Positions 24,886 through 39,677 of a DNA stretch of 64,000 nucleotides are shown here, in pieces. Below the pieces are notes generated by a model that was given only the letters and a program-made list of their open reading frames with translations, searched no databases and was not told the origin of the DNA. Position 1 is the first letter of the stretch, and the number at the start of each line of letters is the position of its first letter. The DNA lies in NCBI RefSeq assembly GCF_006345805.1, contig NC_043001.1, positions 102,734,001 through 102,798,000 on the forward strand. The letters run 5' to 3'. Made by a program: the position numbers and the translations under genes. The DNA is from Octopus sinensis. Its lineage: Eukaryota.

Positions 24886-25879
24886 TATTATTATTATTAT
24901 CAACTAGCTGTCTCTCTCCACTACCTACAAGGACTTGAAAAAAGAAATAACTCTAGTTCTAACTTTTTCGGCTAATAACAAAAATGTGTGCAAGTTTGAG
25001 TGGATGTGTGTGCACATTTGTGTCTTTGCGCATACACAACATATTTGCACACATGAAGTGTAATTGTTAGGAAGTTTCTAAATGAAACTTACCAACAATT
25101 ATACTAAAAATACTAAAAATTGAAATAACCTCTGACAGCAGCAGTAGCAACGACACCAACACTGCCATCACAAGAATTAAGGCATCATTAATAACTCCTA
25201 CGACATCAACAATAGTTGTTATTTCGTAGTCGTTATAAAACCAAACATGCCAACAGAAATTAGTGCTGACGCAAAGAAACCAATAAAGCTAAAAATATTG
25301 ACATGGCTGTCATACTCTTCACTAAAGTAGAGAAAAACTTAATAAGCCTGAGCAAACAGATGGGGGATACAGCTCTTTACAATTAGCTGCCCAGCGTTCT
25401 TAAGCATTATTAATTCAGCTGAAATGTCCAGAAAGAGCTGCAGAGAACTAATTAAGGAAAGTATGAAAGAAAGAGACTGTCTTTGGTGACTATCATCAAA
25501 TATAAGTGTTGAAATTCATGAGAGTAACAGTGACAAGCGATTGATAACAGTATCTGAACAGCTCAGTCATGGTAGTGTTTGTCAGTGGTAGTAGCAGTGG
25601 CAGTAGTGGCACTAGAATTGATTGTGGTGGTGGTGGTTGTGGTGATGGTGGGACTGCTGAACTGGTGGTAGTTAGTGAAGGAAGTGGTCATTATTTTCTT
25701 TTTAGCTGAGACATAGTCACAGACAATTACCTGCAATAGCTTTACCAGCTGGAAGGTGTACTACAGTTGTATAGTAATTAGGAAAAAAAAATTTTAGCAG
25801 ATGGAACAAGAAGTGTATAATAGGTAAAAAAAAAAAAAATTTTCAAAGTATATATGAATACCTACAAAGAACTCTTCTT

Positions 25880-25932
<53 letters not shown>

Positions 25933-26051
25933 CGCGTGCACAGACACACACATTCACATACCGACTGTCTGCACAAACAACTTAGACCACATAAAGCGAT
26001 ATTTCCTCACCAACCACACAACCATAACTGTCTTCTGGTATTGCAACTACA

Positions 26052-26157
26052 ATGGCCTCTGCTAGTCTAAATCAGCTTTCTCTACACCTGTTATGCTTCA
26101 ATTTCCTGCTCCTTGGTTGCATATTCTCCCTATTATTCCCGTCAACAAGAGGAAGAG
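26052..26157 (+). CDS. Candidate first coding exon with signal-peptide-like sequence (unverified)
   Basis: acaATGG Kozak context; MASASLNQLSLHLLCFNFLLLGCIFSLLFPSTRGR; phase-1 donor G|GTAAGG. Confidence 0.3.
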
Positions 26158-29100
26158 GTAAGGAAGATACGCAATAAAATTCTTGCTTTATCATTTAATC
26201 CCAGCAATGTTATTATAAAGAAGCACAAGTGCAAGTCTAATGTATTGAAAACTAGTCAAATTCTGAGACATGTGAGGGTATTCAATAATAATTGTGTGTG
26301 TGTGTGTGTGTGCACGCGCACATGTGTGTGCAAGTATGTGTGTGTGTGTGTGTGTAACAGATGCATTAGTAGTTTTGTCTTCCATCCCAAAAGTTCTAAA
26401 GATCAACAAATTTTAAAGCATGGCTGTGTAGTAAGAACTTTGTTTCCCAACCACATGGTTCCGGGTTCAGTCCCACTGCATGGCACCTTGCGCAAGTGTC
26501 TTCAACCATAGCTTCAGACCAACCAAAGCTTTGTGAGTGGATTTGATAGGCAGAAACTGAAAGAAGCCCATCATGTATGTGTGTGTGTTTGCGTGCACAT
26601 ATGTGTTCCCCTCACCACCACAACTTAGTGGTTTTGCAAACGAGACCAATAGAACAAGTGGCAGGGTTAATTGAAAATAATGACAAGGGTTGATTTGTTC
26701 AACCGAAATTTTTTAAGGTGGTGCCCCAGCATGGCTGTAGTCTGATGAATGAAACAAGTAAAAGATAAACGGTATTACCCAACTGTCATGGTTATATAAT
26801 TTATCATGAACAGCAAAAAAAGAGGAAGCAACATACAGCTACAAACATATTCTACATCCTCATCAGCAACAGCCTGGCCCCTCCAAATGACTCCCAGTAA
26901 GTAGTATTTATGAGGTATTATTGCTAAACATATGATTAAACAGGTAATCTAATTTGAATGTTTGTTGAAATTTTAGGGTTAGGTTAACTCAAAGATCACA
27001 GCTATCGCATTGGCCAGTGGGCAGCACACACTGTCACATAAGATGCACCTGTATTCCACAAGTATATCTTGTGCAGGAAAAAACGTATTTATTATGTTTC
27101 GTGATACACTTATCAAATGATTTTGTCAGTGGCAGGGGGCAGGGTATGATTCTGCAAGATTGTGACAGTATACCAAGATAAAGATTACAGTATGAAAGAA
27201 TAACTGCATTTTGTATTTTAACACTAAGGGAAGTAACTCTGAGTGAGTTATTGTGACAGCGTTCATGTTTCATCGCAACCATGACAACCAACATCATTTC
27301 TTTCTTTCAGTGCAAGTTAGAAACCAGAGAGGTTCCAACTCGATGAAATCTCCAAGCAGTTTAAATGTACAAGTCTCTAATATCCAAGTGGCTATAAAGT
27401 GTCAGCAGAGGGGCAATCAGGAGTGATGAACTGGATGTGACCCAGCCCTGTTAGAGTGTAAGAGGTTAAGGGCCAAAACACTTGCCGAAGGTGGATTTGT
27501 TCTCTGAAGACCTTCTGCAGTTCACTTCCCTTGACAGCTTCTTACCACTGTTCAGATCAATTGTATAGTTGTAATAATTTGATCAAGCGAATTACCATAC
27601 ATGATGTAAAAAACTCATATTTTTGGCTACGATGTTTTGTGTAAATGCAATCAGCCACCAGGGTGGCACATCACCACTATAGATTAGATGTCATCCACTC
27701 ATGGCAGATAGCAGACAGGCAGATGAAAACTTAACTGGAGAATAAACTTCAGGTGTGGAAGCAAGGTGTCACACAGTGGGACTGAACACACACCATGTGG
27801 TTAGGAATCAAACATTTTGCCACACAGCCACTCTCCATTTTTGTGTATGTCTAACTCTTAGACCTGCTCTGATAACTACATTGCTGGTGATGCCTGTAGT
27901 TGTAGAGCCATCCTCATGTCTCCAGACAATCTGTTTGCCTTTAATGTTCTGTCAATTTTGGACAATTCCTGATCCCCAACGTTATCTCCCCTCTCATCGG
28001 TGTTGGTCACAACTGCCATGAGGCATTTGTTTACTCTTGAAGGCAAAACAATGGTAATAAATCAAAAATATATCTTGCACACATTCATGCCATTGGCCAT
28101 GGATCTTTCTTTAAATTATGCAAATTATCCAGGCCAAATACGTTTCCTTCCCATATCTATTTCCACATGTATGTAGATGTCCATGTAAATACATTTATAT
28201 GTGCTTATGTGTATAGATATCAATATATAGATGTGTACACACACAAATAAATGTCTTCTACTGTTTGGTATAGGTCTAAGCAACTCATTCAGCTGGAGAT
28301 GAAGTGGGACAACTGCTGTTCTACTGGCACCTATTGGGTCAGCAACGTATTCCAAATCAAATCAAAGCCATGGCATGACCTTTATATAAGCTAGAAATGA
28401 AGAATTTTGTTTCAAAGTTTATATATTTACACATGTACATAACATGCACACACACACACACACATATCTAAGTTCTGAAAAAGACAAATGGATTTTCTCG
28501 ATCACACATTGTCTCAGTTCATTTGACAACTATTTTACAAGTGCAGTGAGTGCATTTTATAGAGGCACAAGTTCTAGTGGGGGTTGCCTTCTACACCATA
28601 AGACTGAAGAGCACTCACAACACTATGCATCCATTATCATCAAGGCAACAGAATGGAACCTTGGTCATTCAAGAATTAAGGGGTCTATATTCATTGAACT
28701 CAGTCTATTGCTTAATAATCAACTACAAAAAGTAGGTCAGCTAATTATAACAATAACAATCTGTGAATCTGGCATCCATCCATCCCTCCCTCCCTCCCTC
28801 CCTCCCTCACCCACTCACCTACATACACACACACAAAGATCTCATTATGCATATAGGTTTGTGGTTGAATGTACATATGCATATACACTGCAGTGTGTTT
28901 GGGGAGGAGTGCACATGCACACACATTTATGGGAAGTGTTAACTCTTAGACTCTATAGGTACCTCTAATGCTTGTCCTCATGCAACATACCCTCATATAG
29001 TTGAATCTCCTCCAAGCAATACTAACCTCTCAAGGTAAACTTGGTAGTGTAAACTAATGAACCACTAGTCAGTTTTAGGGCTGCTTCAGCTAACAGTAGA

Positions 29101-30569
29101 GAGTGGCCCCTATCATCCCTATTCTGTCATCTCTAAATTCAGCGAGATGCGCTAGACTATTTCACAGTGAAGTGTTTCAGCCACTTTGCTAATTTAAACA
29201 GAGACCCTGTTCACATCCAATGTATTCCAAATCAGTTTCCACAAGCGATAGAACTAGTTTTCTTTATTGTATATGATTCCTATCATACCTATTCTGTTTA
29301 CTGTGCTCTTTATCTTTATTGATTTTATAAAGAATAAATCATTTCTTTTTTCATAAAATGGTTTCATTATCACTTGTTGCAGATAACAAAAACTGTGTAT
29401 TGCATTATACGCCCTCAGGCCCATATCAATATAGATGTACTCATGTATACAATGTTGCTTACACAACTATATATGTATGCATGCATATAAACTAATACGT
29501 CCAGACATATATATTTACATGAAAATAGCTTACTGCTGTGATACACAGATGCGTAAACACATGCTTTTGTACGTGTGCACACATAAACACATGCTCTAAC
29601 TCTCTTTCTCTCTCTCTCTCTCTCTCTCTAACACACATTAAAATACACACAAATGTCAGTCCAAAACTGAGTTGGTTTAAGATTTGGGAATAACAATACA
29701 TAATGATGCATCCTTACCACGAATCAAGAATGACACAAAATAAGACATGTTCTTAACTCATCTCAAAAGTCTGTCACATTATTGTTGTTGTTTCTTTTAG
29801 TTTGTCAAAGAAAAGTGTTAAATTTATTGGCAATTGTAGATATCACCTTCAAGTATGAAAAGGCCATTCTTTTTTCCCTATCTAGCATTTCATTGTAGAA
29901 ATTGAAAAGTTCTTGCAAAATTTTGACAATTTTCAATTTTCATTGTGAAATCGTTTTTGTTTCTCAATAGATATCTCAGCACAAAGATCAGCATTCAGTA
30001 TAATTTATGTTTGTCAATGTTTTATTTTGTCCAAACACATTTTGTTTATAGAGTTTATCCTCATTCTTTACACAACAATAAATTCACTGCCTATCAACTT
30101 TGGGTTTCTTTTTTATGATGGAGACTTGCTATTGTAAAAACAGAATATGTATGCTTACTTGTTTTGGCATATGCACCTCAAGTGATAAGGGGATTATAAA
30201 GCCATTCATAACATTTGGAATTTTGTAGGTTTCACGTGGCACCTGATGTGTATAATTGATCATCCATTTGTTTATATCATTAAAAATAATTGATAGATTC
30301 TCAGAAAATTCTAGTAGAATATGTGGCTGTGATCATTCTTAATTCACAGCATTATGTGTTCTACAGAACAGTTGGTGTCTATTACGCTACCAGCTTTGAT
30401 GAGTTGCCAATAAGTTAAAATTCGAAGATTTACAATAGGTCGTTAAAAAAAATGTCATGTTAACCAACATTAATGCATAAATGAACAATGTCACAATGGA
30501 TTGAGCTGTTGCTGTTTAGCCCCGGGTCAAACATGATTAAGCAGATCTATAGTTGAATGGAATATCACA

Positions 30570-30870
30570 GAGAGTGGGGTGGGGCATGAAGAAGGAATTG
30601 CAAAGAATGGTGGGAATAAAGCCACTGATAGTTGGTATGAAAAGCAATCAGATGAAATCAGTGGGTCATGTGCTGAGGAAGAAAGTAAATGACTGGGGTA
30701 AAAGGAGAGGATGAGGTGAATACAGAAGGAAGTAAAGGAAGGGGGAGGGATCTGAAAGACATGGGTAGAAAAGCTGGAGGATGAAATGAGAACAAGGAGG
30801 TTGGTGATAGGGTGTAGACAATAAACTGGAGAAAAGAGATATGAGGACATGCAAGGCTAAGGCCAGCTTC
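30570..30870 (+). mobile_element. Degenerate RTE 3' fragment
   Basis: EELQRMVGIK...VGHVLRKKVNDWGK...KTWVEKLEDEMR resembles the RTE C-terminus. Confidence 0.55.
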
Positions 30871-32659
30871 AGCAGGGGAAATAGTCTTAAAATGTTTATG
30901 GTTGCATGTTGTTATTGCTGGTTTTTTGGCTCGCAATCAGATTCATATTTGTAGTATTTCCTGGCACTGCTAGGACATTACTCGTCATCATCATCGCTTA
31001 ACGTCCGTTTTCCATGCTAGCATGGGTTCTGCTTGTTTATAATTCTTTGGCTATTTATGGTGGTAGGGTGGCATGCATTTCTCTCATGAAACATTTTCTC
31101 CTTTGACGATTTCATTAGCAAGAACAAGATCTCCATTTTGTTGTTTCTAAACCAGCTCTACAGCATAAGGTGTTCAAATGTTTGAAAAGATATGGCCAAA
31201 TCAGAATCTTCATTACATTTCTGCTGAAATCACTTTTACAGCAAGAGATGCAGATTTTAAGAAAAATATCACTTCTGAAAACAGAAATGAAATCTTATTT
31301 AATATCATTTCTATTTCCATCTAGTCTAGGAATAAAACTTCTGAAACTAGTTTTGTTCTCTAATGCTGAAATAATTGTTTTTACATCTTTCACTACGGTA
31401 GAAACAATCTCAGTTGCATGATGGGTATTTTATGTGATGATTAGTGACCTTTCTAGAAGTATCCGCAGATTTTTAAAGAAAAGAAATTATTTTTGTTTTT
31501 GCAAAGTACCTGAAGATACAAGATAGATTTGAGCAGTTGGTATAAATCTTCGGGGTTTTATTTTCTTACATTTACATCATATAAAAGTAAAATGCACTGA
31601 TGTTGGTGCCACATAAAAGGCAATGGTACCGCATAAAAAGAAACCCAGTACATTTCGTAAAAGTGGTTGGAATAAGAAGGGCATCCAGCCATAGAAACCA
31701 TGTCAAAACAGACAAACAAGCCTGGTGCGACATCCAGCCTTGCCATCTTCTGTTAAACTCTCCAACCCATGCCAGCATGGAAACAGATGTATGATGATGA
31801 TGATGATGATGATCTACATAGCAATTTATTTGAACACTTTTATTAATCTGCAATATTCCAAAATATAGGATAATGAGTTAAAGTTTCCCAGAAACATTTA
31901 CCACTCTCAAATATCTTTTATTCATTTCTTTTATCTTTTTTTTTTTCTTATTCTGCTAAAGTTATATGCTTCAACAAATGCGTAGGATAAAAATAGTGTA
32001 TAGTATTTATTCAACCTTAATTGCACAGACTCAACTTTGTCACACTTGCCATAAGAAATACAAAGAACCAATGATTGTCACATTCGAAACCTTTAATCAA
32101 TGATGCTACTGTTTACAAAATGCCAGATATAAAATAAGCATATATTCAGATTATAAGCTCTCTCACAAAGCTTTACTGCAACCAAGTTTCTAAATTGCTC
32201 TCATAATTAGGTATGGAAAAATATGCAGTTAACTGAAAGGTTACAGAGTTTAAATTTGTCTTCATTTTTATGTGGAATGCATTATTTTGCAGAAAGGATA
32301 TCAGATATAATATAATGGAATTTTAGTTCCACTTTTCCTAGTTCTATAGTGATGAAAGACATCTAGTCAGAAAAATCAATTAAAATTAATTCCAACTCCC
32401 TCCAAGAAATAAACAATTTGGTATGTACAGTTTTTTTTTCAAGAGTTGCAGTAGTAAATATAGTTTATTCAATGATGAATCTTGCATCTCAACTACAAGG
32501 TTCAGGGGTTCAGTCCCAATGTGTGACATCACTGGCCAGTGTCTTCTATTATATCCCCAGGTGGACTAGAGTCTTGTCAGTGGATTTGGTAGAAAGAAAC
32601 TGCAAGAAGCCTGTTTGTTTGTTTGATTGCATGCATGCTTGTATGTATGCATGTATGTA

Positions 32660-33890
32660 TTGGGTCATTCCATAAATAATGCATTTTTCTATACTTCTTT
32701 TAGTTTTCAAAATTAAGATAAACAAATTTATTTTTTAATCTAAAATATATTCTCCTTCATTTTCTAACAATGCTCTTCCATGTATCTGGTAGACTTGCAA
32801 GGACCCTCTTCCAAAATTCACTTGTCCATGATGAAAAATACTCCTCCAGTACTGTTCTGACCTCGTCTACAGAATTCATATTCTTTTCATCCAAATCATT
32901 TTGAAGACTGTGGAATAAATAATAATGAGATCGGGAAATATCCGGAGAATATGGTGGGTGGGGCATTGTTTCTCATTCAAACTGCTCCAGCTTTTGGAAT
33001 GTCATCCATGCTGTATGTAGCCAAGCATTATCCTGATGGAAGAAAACCTTTTGTCTCGAAACCAAAGATAGTCATTTTCCTTCAAGCGCTGACTTAAGCG
33101 ACTCAAATTGCTCAAAGTAGATCTCCTTTGTTATCATTTGGTTTGGGATTAAAACTTCAAAGTGGACTAAACCTTTCCTATCCCATGAAATAGATAACAA
33201 CATCTTACGTCAATGAAGACTTTCTTTAGCCTGGGGTGCCAGTGTTTCTCCTCTCCCTACTCACTGTCTTTGGCACTTGACATTTTTATAGAGAATCCGT
33301 TTCACTTCACCAGTCACTATTGAGTCCAAAAAAAGCTGCATTCATGAGACGTGACAGCAAAGAAGAGCACACATTCACGTGATTAGACTTGGAAAGTTTG
33401 TGAGGAACTCATTGACCCAATTTGCTGACTTTTCTGACAGCATGCAGGTGTCAGTGAATGGCTGAATGACCAAATCCAAGCTTCTCTGTTTCTCAACAGT
33501 TATGATGGGATTTTGTTTCCGCAGGGTTTGCAGGACATCCTCATCAAGATCTACAGATCTTACAGGATGAGGCTTGTCTTCTATGCTGTAGTTACCCACT
33601 TGGAATTTCTGGAACCACTGTTGACACTGGCTTATGCTTATTGTCCGATCCACATATACTGCATTAATAGTCCTCGCAGTTGCTGTTGCATTGTTCCTTT
33701 TATTGAACTCACAAAGCAAAATATGCCAAATATGCTCCTGTGTCACTTCCATTATAACTATATGAAAATAACTGTTAAAATCGAACTACACTCTTCAAAA
33801 CTTGCACTATGAATAAATACAAGCTAAAATCACTACCTGCTTTTATAGCAAGTTGATGCAGGTAGTTCATCCCGTCCCCTTCCAACTTAG
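32660..33890 (-). mobile_element. Mariner (Mos1/SETMAR-like) transposon fossil
   Basis: Minus-strand ORFs HILLCEFNKRNNATATARTINAVY...QQWFQKFQVGNYSIEDKP, WVPH and HPPYSPDISRSHYYLFHSLQNDL. One end is TA|TTGGGTCATTCCATAAATAATGC; the other is lost near a SINE. Frameshifted. Confidence 0.9.
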
Positions 33891-33894
33891 TTCA

Positions 33895-34430
33895 TCATCA
33901 TCATTGCTTAACATCCATTTTCCATGCTAGCATGGGTTGGACAGTTTGACTGAGGTCTGGAGAGCCAGGAGGCTGCACCAGGCTCTATTCTGATCTGATG
34001 ATGTTTCTACAGCTGGATGCCCTTCCTAACGCCACCCAGTTCGAGAGTGTAGAGGGTGCCTTTTATGTGCCACTACCACAGAAGCCTGTCAGGCAGGCCT
34101 GGCATCGAACATGTTCAGATAGTGCTTGTTACATGCCACCGGCATGGGGGCCAGTCATGGGCTACTGGCATTGGCCACGTTCAGTTGGTGCTTTTTATGT
34201 GCCACTGGCATGGGAGCCAGTCAGGGGGCACTGGTATCTGCCATGTTTTTATGTGCCACCGGCACAAGAGCCAGTCAGAGGGTACTGGCATCAGCCATGT
34301 TCAGTAGGTGCTTTTTACGTGCCACCAGCACAAGAGCTAGTCAGGAGGTACTGGCAACAGCCATGTTCGGTTGGTCCACTTTACGTGCCACCAGCATGAG
34401 AGACAAAACCACATTATTTATGGGTTGACC
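33895..34430 (-). mobile_element. SINE with six tandem 66-bp internal modules
   Basis: (CAT)n tail at 33895; module starts at 34055, 34121, 34187, about 34244, 34307 and 34373. Confidence 0.8.
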
Positions 34431-36832
34431 CAATATGTATGCTTGTATGCATTCGTGTACCTAAGTCTATGTATATGCATGTTTGTGTTTGTGCGTGTAC
34501 CCCAGCACTGCTTGACACCTGGTGTTGGTGTGTTTACATTCTCATAACTTAGCGGTTTGGCAAAAGTGTCCAACAGAATAAGTACCAGGCTTAAAAAAAA
34601 AAAGTACTGGAGTAGACTAATTTCACTAAACCTTTCAAGATGGTGCCCCAGTATGGCAACAGTCTAATGACTGAAACATCTAAAAGGAAAAACATAAAAG
34701 ATTACAACTGTTATGGTGTCACTGCAATAGTTCCTATTATAAAATACACTTAAAGATATTTTACTTGCTTGTTTACATACTTAAAACATGGTGTTAGTAT
34801 GACTGGTGCCATCGTAACTCCTTAACTCCAATTCACATAATATTCTGTGACAAATAGTGATATATCCAGATGAGATAACTCCTGCGAAGATAATTCAATA
34901 AGAGAAACTCTATGCATGATGAGGGAGCTTGTATCAGTCATATGATGCAAGAATTTACAAATTTACAAATCACACCCTACTATATGTAAAAATGGAAAAT
35001 CACCATGACTAGAGAGCCTCTGAGAATGGACCTGCTACATTAGGGCTGACCTGGCATGCAATAACGAGTCATGTAAGAAGAAAGTTTGTTGACAGCCAAT
35101 CATAAAATACCTCTTCACTGTACTTCCCATATAAAACTTTATTTTAACGGGTGTGTGTGTATATATATATATAGCTGTTATGAAAATTTCTCACATTGCC
35201 CAATTGAAAAACATTAATATTGGTATAAATAACTTTTGGCACATAAATCTAGTATATAAAATGTAGCCTGAGTGATTTTCCCTTTGCAGTTTTTAGGAAA
35301 AAATATGACACATCTAAAAGTTATGATGATGCATTCAAACTCTTAAGATATTGAAACACTGAAAGGGGAAAATGTTTCAATTTTACCATAGCTCTCTCTA
35401 TCTCTCTCTCTCACATACACACATTAGCATGTCTGACATTAGCAGCAGTGAAAATCAGACTAAAGATGACAAAAAAAATTTCCATATAAGTAATGGGGCA
35501 ATCAAAACCATGCTGTGAACATCAAGTTTACAGAACCAATGCCAGGATACATACAAAAAAACTGAATAATGAAAAGGCAGAGATGGATTTTTTTTTTTTT
35601 TAATTATACTTTTCCCAATAAATATTTATAAAATTATGGCTGAGAAGCCCAATAAATATACTAGAAGATATATAGATCATCACCTTAACAGAAGATGGTG
35701 TCATGGAAATGATGATGAAAGGAAAGTTTTCCTGTATCAATTGTTTTCAATTATATCATGTAGATAATTTCCCAGTATTTACAAGAAGGGAATTTTTTTT
35801 ATAAGAATTAAAATTTCATATAACTCATATACATTTTATATTTCACCATTTATTTTCCTTGTATTTTTCTAAAATGTTCATGCTGTGGGAACAAAAAAAC
35901 AAAAATTATTATACAGATTTACAGCTAAGTAGTTCAACACTTTCCTGCTATGTTGCACCTTGGGCAAGCATCTTCTACTATAGCTTTGGGTTGACCACAA
36001 TGCCCAAGTGTGAGATTTGTTATATATGGAAAGCTTGTGTATGTGTGTATATGAAAACACAAAGACAAATCCATTCACACACACACACACTCACAAACAG
36101 CTTTGGTGTGCAAAGATATAGAATAAAGAGCTGGCATCAGGAAGGTCATCCACAAATAGAATACAACTACAAGAAGTTTAATCCCATGGCAGAATGGAAT
36201 GTGTGGACAGAAAGACGAGGCAGTGACAATGACAATAATGAATTTAAAGCTAACAAAATTATTAGATGCAGCACAAAGTTTTGTCAGTGAACAGGTCGCG
36301 GTCTCAAAGCGCCGAAAATATTTTGACAAATTAAATTTAAATGTTGAAGTGAATCTAACGGTTTTTGTGTGGTTCTTAAATGGCTTATCAACACCTTCCA
36401 CACTGTAATTGTTTTCGTTCCAGCATACGATCTCTGATCAGGTCGCTTGCTATGCAAGTACATCTCCAAAATTATTTTAGAAACATTATAACTCCTTTCT
36501 GACCGTATTTCTGTTAAAATACATTGTCTTTATTTATATCATTTTGAAAATAATGAAAAATATAGAAAATAACTTTGCTGGTATTAAGCTGATATTTTGA
36601 ATATAAATTAACACAGATTCTGATGGAAGCTTTTTGATGTAGATTGCTTTAAAACAGAAAATTTGTATGAAAGAACCTGCAGCAGCTTCTGACTTGCTGG
36701 TACCAAAAGGGTTAAGCAGCAGATGTTCTGTACTGCTTAGAAGTCCTATAGTAATATTACTAAAATCAGAGAATTGGAAAGTGTTCTTCTATAAATGAAG
36801 TTTATTTATATGTAAATGTACAAAAAAATATT

Positions 36833-37067
36833 TATTTCTTTATTGCCCACAAGGGGCTAAACACAGAGGGGACAAACAAGGACAGACAAACGGATTAAGT
36901 CGATTACATTGACCACAGTGCGTAACTGATACTTAATTTATCGACCCCGAAATAATGAAAGGCAAAGTCAACCTCGGCGGAATTTGAACTCAGAACGTAA
37001 TGGCAGACGAAATACCGCTAAACATTTCACCTAGCGCGCTAACGTTTCTGCCAGCTCGCCGCCTTAT
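36833..37067 (-). mobile_element. Young SINE (ggcggcgagctggcagaa family) with 16-bp TSD
   Basis: TSD TGTACAAAAAAATATT at 36817-36832 and 37068-37083. Confidence 0.9.
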
Positions 37068-38718
37068 TGTACAAAAAAATATTGTGTACAAAGGGTAGAT
37101 GGTTTAGTCTATTATTAGTACTCATGGGCTTGCAAGAGTGGATAAGTCTCAATTTTTAACTAGAACACTACATTGCATTGGATAGCATGTAATATCTATG
37201 CAATGACTGGCAGGTTCATTTTAGTGTATGGCAGTTTTGGCTTTTTTAAAGTTTATTCTACTGAGCAATTAATTAGCTTTGTTTTCAATAATCTTATATG
37301 TAGAAATAAAACAATGCAATGACTAATACATGCTTATTGGTTTGCACATGTCTAATATTATGTAATATTCCAAGACACTACAAAATTGTTTTGATGTTTC
37401 ATCCTTTTCATATTCTGCTCTGCATTTAATACTTGTAATCTTCACACATATAAACCTCACAATCTAAAACATAACTACTAAGACATATACCATTCAATTT
37501 CATATAGTATCCAATTTTATAGAAAATATGTATTTGACTCTACACGTTGTTATTTATTTCAATCTGCATTTTAATAGAGTTTTAATATAAACAAGCAATA
37601 TTTTTCTCTTTTATTCTTTTTGTATTTAAATCATAAGTTTGTGCATGTGCACCATATATACATACACATATACACACACGGAAGTTGTCTTGCTGTGCAT
37701 ATGTTTAACTTGGAGTAAACTATATTCCAGTGTTTTATGAAGCAGAAGTTACTGATTCAAAACTAAAGAAATATTTAATAAAATTCTCAGAATACAGAAT
37801 CTATATTCCTGTTTTATGAAGCAGAAGTTACTCGTTCAAAACTAAATACATAAAAGTTTTGAAAATGTAGAATGCAATATAAAAATTTTGAAGGAAAAAT
37901 TATGAAGAGGATCAAAATTTTAATTTATAGAGAAATGGATAATGAGTCTTTCATTTTACCATTTCTTTTGGATTTCTTCATTTTAATTTTCAGGCTAGTC
38001 TTGTTACTATAAATGAAACTGTACTGATAGTGAAAAATTAAGAGAAAGGCCATTTTTAGATCAAGTTTAAAATGAACCAAAAACATATATGTGATGGAAT
38101 CAATTCCAAAACTAGCTCCTGGTAATTTTTTTATCAAATTAAAACCTCCACTTAGAGACTACATCTCATCAGTGTCTTGCTTTTATATTCTGTGTAGGCA
38201 CATGTATGTTTTCGCATGTTTGTGGGCACCTGTGAGTGTACATACACACACAAAATGACATGTATGATCATGTGTACATTCTTTTGTGGTGAAAATGATA
38301 GCCACTAGAACATTTTCTCAGCCTCTCTATCAGTTTCATACCCCTCTCTTTGCAACATATACACACGTATACACTAATATTCACATACATACACAGACAC
38401 ATACCTTTTCACAACCGCAACACAGACAGAAAATAAGACATTTTCAACGAGAAGATTTACGAAGATATTAACAAGAATAAAATGAAGAGCCAAAGAAATG
38501 ACTACAGAAAAATATAAGGGGTAGGAGTAAGAAAAAATACAGGAATAAAATGTAAGGATGTGAATATTTAGAAAAGCTTAAAGGTCTTTTCTACCCATTC
38601 ACTCTCCCTGTGCCAACCATTTTTCCAAGCAATCAGTTCCCGGAGATAAATAGATAACTGCTACTCAAAGAAATGCCTACCAAACAAAGAAAAAAATAAA
38701 AGAAAATGGAGAAGAAGA

Positions 38719-38723
<5 letters not shown>

Positions 38724-38753
<30 letters not shown>

Positions 38754-38798
38754 CACACACACATCTATATATACATATATATATATACATATATCTAC

Positions 38799-38830
<32 letters not shown>

Positions 38831-38961
38831 AAAATCTACATATACATATATATATATATATACATATATATACACACATACATAAACACATATATACACA
38901 AATATGTATATACACATATATACACACATATATATGCATATGCACATATACACATACATAA

Positions 38962-38993
<32 letters not shown>

Positions 38994-39534
38994 CTATCTA
39001 ATATATACATATAAATATATACATATATGTATGTATAGACATACTTCTATATAGATAGATAGATACATATATATATACACATATACATATATATATATAC
39101 ATACATACATATATATACATACATATACATACATATATATATATATATATACATATACATACATACATACATATATATATATGTATATATATATATATAG
39201 ATATATACACATATATAAATATAGATATATACATATACATATACATACATACATACATATACATATACATACATACATACATATATATATACGTATATAT
39301 ATATATAGATATATACACATATATAAATATAGATATATACATATACATATATATATAGATATATACATACATATACATGTACATAAACATATAAATACAT
39401 ATACATACATATATATACATATTTGCATACATGCACATATTTACATACATACATATACATATTTACATACATACATACATATACATATTTACATACATAT
39501 ATACACATATATACATATATATATATATACATAC

Positions 39535-39578
<44 letters not shown>

Positions 39579-39643
39579 GATATATACATATATATACATA
39601 TATGCATTTATATACATATATATACATATATGCATTTATATAC

Positions 39644-39677
<34 letters not shown>

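Noticed and set aside
28444-28968. 174-aa + strand ORF
   Set aside because: Begins in (CA)n, includes a (CCCT)n tract, and has no recognisable domain or splice support.
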